20,000 bases of DNA from an uncultured virus (IMG/VR IMGVR_UViG_3300049489_000987) (Duplodnaviria; Heunggongvirae; Uroviricota; Caudoviricetes), in IMG/VR virus record IMGVR_UViG_3300049489_000987. One strand, given 5' to 3'. Of the stretch, positions 15,907 to 20,000 are shown piece after piece (position 1 is the stretch's first letter; the number at the start of each line of letters is the position of its first letter). The notes below the pieces were generated by a model. It was not told the DNA's origin. It searched no databases and saw only the letters and a list, made by a program, of their open reading frames with translations. The position numbers were made by a program, and so were the translations under genes.

Positions 15907-16356
15907 TTAAATTGAAATAAAAGTAATTTCGTACATTTGTTTAGTAGCTGTGTTTCTGTAGCTAAGTTTATTATTTACATTTTTAATGTAATGATAAAAA
16001 ACTTTAACAGGTAATTGATGTAGTTGCTTATTACAATAATAAGAAGTTAATCTTGGAGATGAAGATTCTTTTACTTTTTTAATGCTCAAAACAAATTGCG
16101 TTTTGCTTATTTCCATTTGCAAATTATCTGGCAAGCATTTGTATGATATTAGTTTATTTAAAATTGGAGATAGGCAGCCATCCCAAATAAGTCCATTCTC
16201 AATAATGTATTTAATATATTCTTTAAAATAAGCTTTCTTTTTAGATTTAGAAAATGTTGCTGAACTCTTTAATGCTTGAGAATAGTATTTTGATTTAATG
16301 CCAAACCCATCTATAATTTGATTTGGATTATTTAAAGATAAATTTTTATTAGCCAT
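15907..16356 (-). CDS. Basic hypothetical protein, paralog of 15243-15905
   Basis: About 120-aa shared domain. Confidence 0.65.
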   Translation of the reverse strand: MANKNLSLNNPNQIIDGFGIKSKYYSQALKSSATFSKSKKKAYFKEYIKYIIENGLIWDGCLSPILNKLISYKCLPDNLQMEISKTQFVLSIKKVKESSSPRLTSYYCNKQLHQLPVKVFYHYIKNVNNKLSYRNTATKQMYEITFISI

Positions 16357-16357
16357 A

Positions 16358-16516
16358 TTAATTAAACTTTGAATTAGTTAGAGATTCAGATTGGAGATTT
16401 CTTTCAAATTTAAATTCATTTCCAATATCAATAGATTGGTTTTCATATTCTTCTATGAAAGATCTGTCACCTGTAGTCTGCGATAATAACGAAATTACAA
16501 TAATAAATGTGGTCAT
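16358..16516 (-). CDS. 52-aa small protein MTTFIIVISLLSQTTGDRSF... (not in the ORF track)
   Basis: Strong AGGAGGAG RBS 6 nt upstream of the ATG; stop lies 1 nt before the next start. Confidence 0.6.
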   Translation of the reverse strand: MTTFIIVISLLSQTTGDRSFIEEYENQSIDIGNEFKFERNLQSESLTNSKFN

Positions 16517-16620
16517 ACTGCTCTCCTCCTACCCTCTCACTTAGCATGGATGGATGAGATCATTAACCAGGGCAGTCTCCACGTTACGACTCATGCATAG
16601 CATGGATGGAAGCAGTTCAC
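16517..16620 (-). promoter_or_regulatory. Putative structured RNA leader or ncRNA
   Basis: About 50% GC island in an AT-rich window; 13-nt direct repeat; terminal complementarity that sequesters the RBS. Confidence 0.45.
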
Positions 16621-16624
16621 AAGC

Positions 16625-17572
16625 TCAGTAAAACATTCCAGGATCTGAGATAACTAAAGTATTATCAGATTCCCTTTCCATTACATTATCTCCAAAAATA
16701 TCATACCAATTCATATTATTTTCCTCTAATTCTTCCAAAGCCTTTAATAAGCTTTTAACCTGAGAAGATTCTGACAACTGCTTCGTCAAGTTACGCTTAA
16801 CTATATTGTCTTTACCTGAAGGTTCTTCTTCATCAGATGCTTTAGGGAAAATATGTCCAAAAATAATATCTTTTAATCCTTCAGAAATAGCAAATGATAT
16901 ATCATATACTAAAGGCTTTTTTGACATTATAGTTTTAACAAATTCTACTATCTTACTTTCAAATTTATATAAAGCTGTCTCAGCATCAAATCTTCGCATC
17001 ATTGCTAATGACTTTACAAATGGCAAACATACTGAATATAATTTATCTTTAAACTGCTGATATGGAATGTAGTTTTCAATTTTTTCTTGATAATACTGTA
17101 TTAAAATAATATCAATTGCCTTATCAAATTTAGATTTATCTATTAATTTATCTAGCAAAATATTGCTTAATGTATCATGGTCATCAGATAAGTCATCAAA
17201 GAATAATTGCCTTAAATGAATATTAATTGGTTTTAAATGTTCAGTCAATATTATATATTTTTTATCATTACTAATATCAGGCATATCAATTTTAATTATC
17301 TCATATACATTGGCAAAATGCTTTTGAGCAGATTTAGATAGCTTGTTCTTAATTGATTCTATTTTGGCTACAGAAGTAGCATGTTCATTATTAGCTATCT
17401 TTGCTACAACTCTTTCGCCATTATACAAACAATCATAAACAACAGCCTGAGTGCCTTTACCTATAAATTTTAACAATTTAATATTATATTTTGCTAAAAT
17501 AGCCTCGTCTTCATTTTCATTTAAATCAGAAGCAAGCTTATATAAGGCGTTTATTTTAGATAACAATTCCAT
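16625..17572 (-). CDS. Atypical protein kinase-like protein
   Basis: G-loop IGKGTQAVVY, VVAK, hinge ILTEHL, catalytic YDIFGDN, and DPG (DFG equivalent) 3 residues before the stop. Confidence 0.75.
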   Translation of the reverse strand: MELLSKINALYKLASDLNENEDEAILAKYNIKLLKFIGKGTQAVVYDCLYNGERVVAKIANNEHATSVAKIESIKNKLSKSAQKHFANVYEIIKIDMPDISNDKKYIILTEHLKPINIHLRQLFFDDLSDDHDTLSNILLDKLIDKSKFDKAIDIILIQYYQEKIENYIPYQQFKDKLYSVCLPFVKSLAMMRRFDAETALYKFESKIVEFVKTIMSKKPLVYDISFAISEGLKDIIFGHIFPKASDEEEPSGKDNIVKRNLTKQLSESSQVKSLLKALEELEENNMNWYDIFGDNVMERESDNTLVISDPGMFY

Positions 17573-17630
17573 AGATATATGTATTTTAATTGCTAATGTA
17601 CTAAAAGTTACATATAATTTAGAGGATCAA

Positions 17631-18275
17631 ATGAATAGAAAAATATTAAGCCAAATTGATGTTATGGAAAAATTAGCTAGTTACACTAAAGTAGCTTCCA
17701 TTGAATATTTCCCTACTAAAGAGATTGTTGATAATTTGGCTGTTGTTAAAGGTCAATTAGCTAATTTAAAAGCCGATGAGTCCTATAAGCAAATCATTGA
17801 TCAAATGGTTCATACCATATCTTCTTTTAAATCACCTGCTCCTATAGAAAATTTCTCTAAAGATTCTTTATATAATGAAGGTAAAAATATAATATCTATA
17901 ATTAATGGCATTTCTAAATATTTAGAAAATTCAACATTACCTAATACAGAATCTGTTACTAGTGCTGTAGATAAAACGATAATATCAGTTAATAATGCTT
18001 TAGTTTCTGCTGGTTCAGGAAGAGTAAATCCTGATATAGCTACTCCTGTTGTACAAAAGCAACAGTTAATAGCAGTTGATCCTCATAGAAAAGAAAAGTC
18101 ACTATTTCAACAAGAGCTAGCTAAATTAAGAAAAACCAAGAATGTTTCTGAGCAACTTGATAAACAAACCGATGAATATATTGCTGAATTAGAAAATAAA
18201 GGTTTAGATATAGAAGAAGAATATAATAAACAAGAATTCATGGCAGCTTTGGAAGCTTTGAAAAATCAAAGCTAA
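17631..18275 (+). CDS. Hypothetical helical protein
   Basis: GAGG RBS before the ATG at 17631; the GTG at 17451 would overlap the kinase. Charged helical C-terminus. Confidence 0.65.
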   Translation: MNRKILSQIDVMEKLASYTKVASIEYFPTKEIVDNLAVVKGQLANLKADESYKQIIDQMVHTISSFKSPAPIENFSKDSLYNEGKNIISIINGISKYLENSTLPNTESVTSAVDKTIISVNNALVSAGSGRVNPDIATPVVQKQQLIAVDPHRKEKSLFQQELAKLRKTKNVSEQLDKQTDEYIAELENKGLDIEEEYNKQEFMAALEALKNQS

Positions 18276-18466
18276 GCAAACATAGTATATTTGTCGAAGT
18301 TTTTTAGAAATTTAATTAAAATACAAAGCTCAACATAAGTATGTCTTTGACCTAAGTATTGATGTAAGCATTGGTAATTTAAAGTTTGTAATAAGTCTTT
18401 ATATTTATGAAGATCTAAATACATAACAGTATTATATTTAGGGTTTTTAGTCATAACCTTATACAT
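18272..18466 (-). CDS. Hypothetical protein
   Basis: GGAG RBS; 64 aa. Confidence 0.5.
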   Translation of the reverse strand: MYKVMTKNPKYNTVMYLDLHKYKDLLQTLNYQCLHQYLGQRHTYVELCILIKFLKNFDKYTMFA

Positions 18467-18513
18467 GATATCTCCGCAATTTTTAATCGAAGTATTTTTT
18501 GAAAAAGAATTAG

Positions 18514-18708
18514 TTATTTGAATGGCGACTTGTCAATAACAATTATTGGGAATTTATATAGCATTTTTTCTGGTCCGCACAAAAGATTGTTGTCTCTTTT
18601 TGCGTGAGCTGGAATGACAGCTGTTATAGTATCTAACCAAGAGGCAATGACATCAAGGTCACACTCTTGGTCGTATTTAACTAATGGATATGACAAAAAA
18701 CTAAACAT
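18514..18708 (-). CDS. Hypothetical protein
   Basis: ATG at 18708 avoids overlap with the divergent gene at 18726; 64 aa. Confidence 0.4.
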   Translation of the reverse strand: MFSFLSYPLVKYDQECDLDVIASWLDTITAVIPAHAKRDNNLLCGPEKMLYKFPIIVIDKSPFK

Positions 18709-18725
18709 AAGGCTTATATATCCAC

Positions 18726-19277
18726 ATGAAAACTTTTGAAGACAATTGTTGCCCAGTATGCCAAAACAAATTAACACTTGTTATTTCCGATGCAAATAAT
18801 GGTAAATTTTTTATTGCTCAAGATAATTATCTAGATAATGGTGAGGCAAAGATTCCATTTGAAATCAAAGACAATACATTATACGCAGATTTAGATATAA
18901 AAGATTGTAAAATTACTTATATTTGTAATAAAGAAGCAATAGCTAAAGATAGCAGATTAAAAGTAAAAGCATTTCAGTCTTGTTATTCAAAAAGCTCTAA
19001 TCAAATAAACCTTCCTTGTAACTTACATACTTTAGAGGTAGAAGAAGAAGTTTATTGTATTAGGGATAGGGTTGAAGATAAAGAAACAATTTATGCTTTA
19101 AATATTCATCATGGAAATGAGAAGTTATCTAGTATTAAAAAACTAAATGTTACATATCCTATAGTAACTATACCTGTTCCTGAAAATATAAAAGCTACAT
19201 ATTTAAATTTTGTGAATAAAGAACATTTTCTAAATTCTATTGAAAGAACCATAGAAGGTGCTGCTATATTGACATGA
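18726..19277 (+). CDS. Hypothetical protein with N-terminal CxxC
   Basis: CPVCQNKL. Confidence 0.6.
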   Translation: MKTFEDNCCPVCQNKLTLVISDANNGKFFIAQDNYLDNGEAKIPFEIKDNTLYADLDIKDCKITYICNKEAIAKDSRLKVKAFQSCYSKSSNQINLPCNLHTLEVEEEVYCIRDRVEDKETIYALNIHHGNEKLSSIKKLNVTYPIVTIPVPENIKATYLNFVNKEHFLNSIERTIEGAAILT

Positions 19278-19281
19278 TTAT

Positions 19282-19737
19282 GTGCTAGAAATCTTTAATA
19301 TAAACTGTATTACTTGCAATTGTAAATACACAATTAAGTTTCCAGTTATTAAAGATAATCAAGTACTATTAATTAAGCCTGCTCAATATATAGATGGGTA
19401 TCACAAGATATTTTTGCCTAATAATAATTATTTGATTTTAAGTGAAAATTTAATAGAATTAACAGCTTCAGAAAAGTTTCTAATAGATAATATTTGTTTT
19501 CCTATATTATCTTGCTGTAATAACTCAATCACTTGTTCTCAAATAATTATTAAGGATGGCATTTTGCAGCCAATTAAAAGACTGTATGAGTATTATAAAG
19601 TCAATAATCTTAATATAGATATAAATACAGAGGAAAATAGTACAATTATATTTAATAAGGAATTTAGAGCTGAGTTAAACGTAATACCATCAGAAGCTCA
19701 AATCAAAAATATTGAGGACTATTTGTTATTTTTATGA
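19282..19737 (+). CDS. Hypothetical protein with N-terminal CxxC
   Basis: CITCNCKY; GTG start. Confidence 0.55.
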   Translation: MLEIFNINCITCNCKYTIKFPVIKDNQVLLIKPAQYIDGYHKIFLPNNNYLILSENLIELTASEKFLIDNICFPILSCCNNSITCSQIIIKDGILQPIKRLYEYYKVNNLNIDINTEENSTIIFNKEFRAELNVIPSEAQIKNIEDYLLFL

Positions 19738-20000
19738 AATGTAATTACTGTGGAAATGAACTTAAGCTATCTGTTACTAATAATTTAACGCATTTGCAAG
19801 TTCCTTATACATTGAATCCATTACAAATTCAATTGTCAGAAGAAAAGGCAGATATACCTAATCATTGGAAAAACGATGTAATTACAATAACAGATAAAAT
19901 TACTTCTAAATATAACTCTTTATATTATTTAGATTTAATCTGGGTTTGTGAGCATTCAAATTTCACTAGAGAAAAATTTATATCAATAGCTGATGGCGGA
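19734..20000 (+). CDS. Hypothetical protein with N-terminal CxxC (3'-truncated by the window)
   Basis: ATGA overlap; MKCNYCGNELKL..., open for 89 codons to the window end. Confidence 0.6.
   Translation, partial: MKCNYCGNELKLSVTNNLTHLQVPYTLNPLQIQLSEEKADIPNHWKNDVITITDKITSKYNSLYYLDLIWVCEHSNFTREKFISIADGG

Noticed and set aside
16436..16444. Third GAAAACCAA on the minus strand
   Set aside because: Lacks the AC/GT closing pairs and a convincing stem; a 9-mer of this composition can occur by chance in AT-rich DNA.
16609..16620. GAAGCAGTTCAC resembling an IS right end
   Set aside because: No subterminal hairpin between GAAG and TCAC, and no left end nearby; a degenerate relic cannot be excluded.
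1..20000. Eukaryotic giant virus origin (SET, papain, kinase, TS/DHFR)
   Set aside because: Bacterial IF-1, lipoboxes, Shine-Dalgarno sites, ATGA/TAATG coupling and an intrinsic terminator indicate bacterial-type expression.

Overview
AT-rich, gene-dense window with bacterial-style overlapping start/stop codons. It is best read as part of a large (jumbo-type) bacteriophage genome; this is inference, since no terminase or capsid gene is present. From left to right: the end of a Gly/Ser/Thr-rich tail-fibre-like protein; three tandem paralogous beta-rich proteins plus a fourth distant paralog, separated by a GT2 glycosyltransferase and a radical SAM enzyme; folA and thyA; a complete TnpB-only IS200/IS605 (IS1341-like) element; a chain of tiny hydrophobic ORFs; a CBS-less IMPDH/GMP reductase; two lipoproteins and a papain-like protease; IF-1; a DEDDh exonuclease; a SET-domain protein; three ImmA/IrrE-like proteins with broken HExxH motifs; an atypical kinase; and CxxC proteins. 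The most notable signal is a 234-bp non-coding mini-element (13477-13710) related to the TnpB element. It keeps only the left end, a putative promoter, the omega-RNA/right end with compensatory stem changes, and a hairpin with the loop GAAAACCAA that also lies inside the tnpB coding sequence about 290 nt upstream of the scaffold. A GC-rich structured leader at 16517-16620 and a shared N-terminal '..KLAS' motif are also flagged. All structures and alignments were derived by eye.
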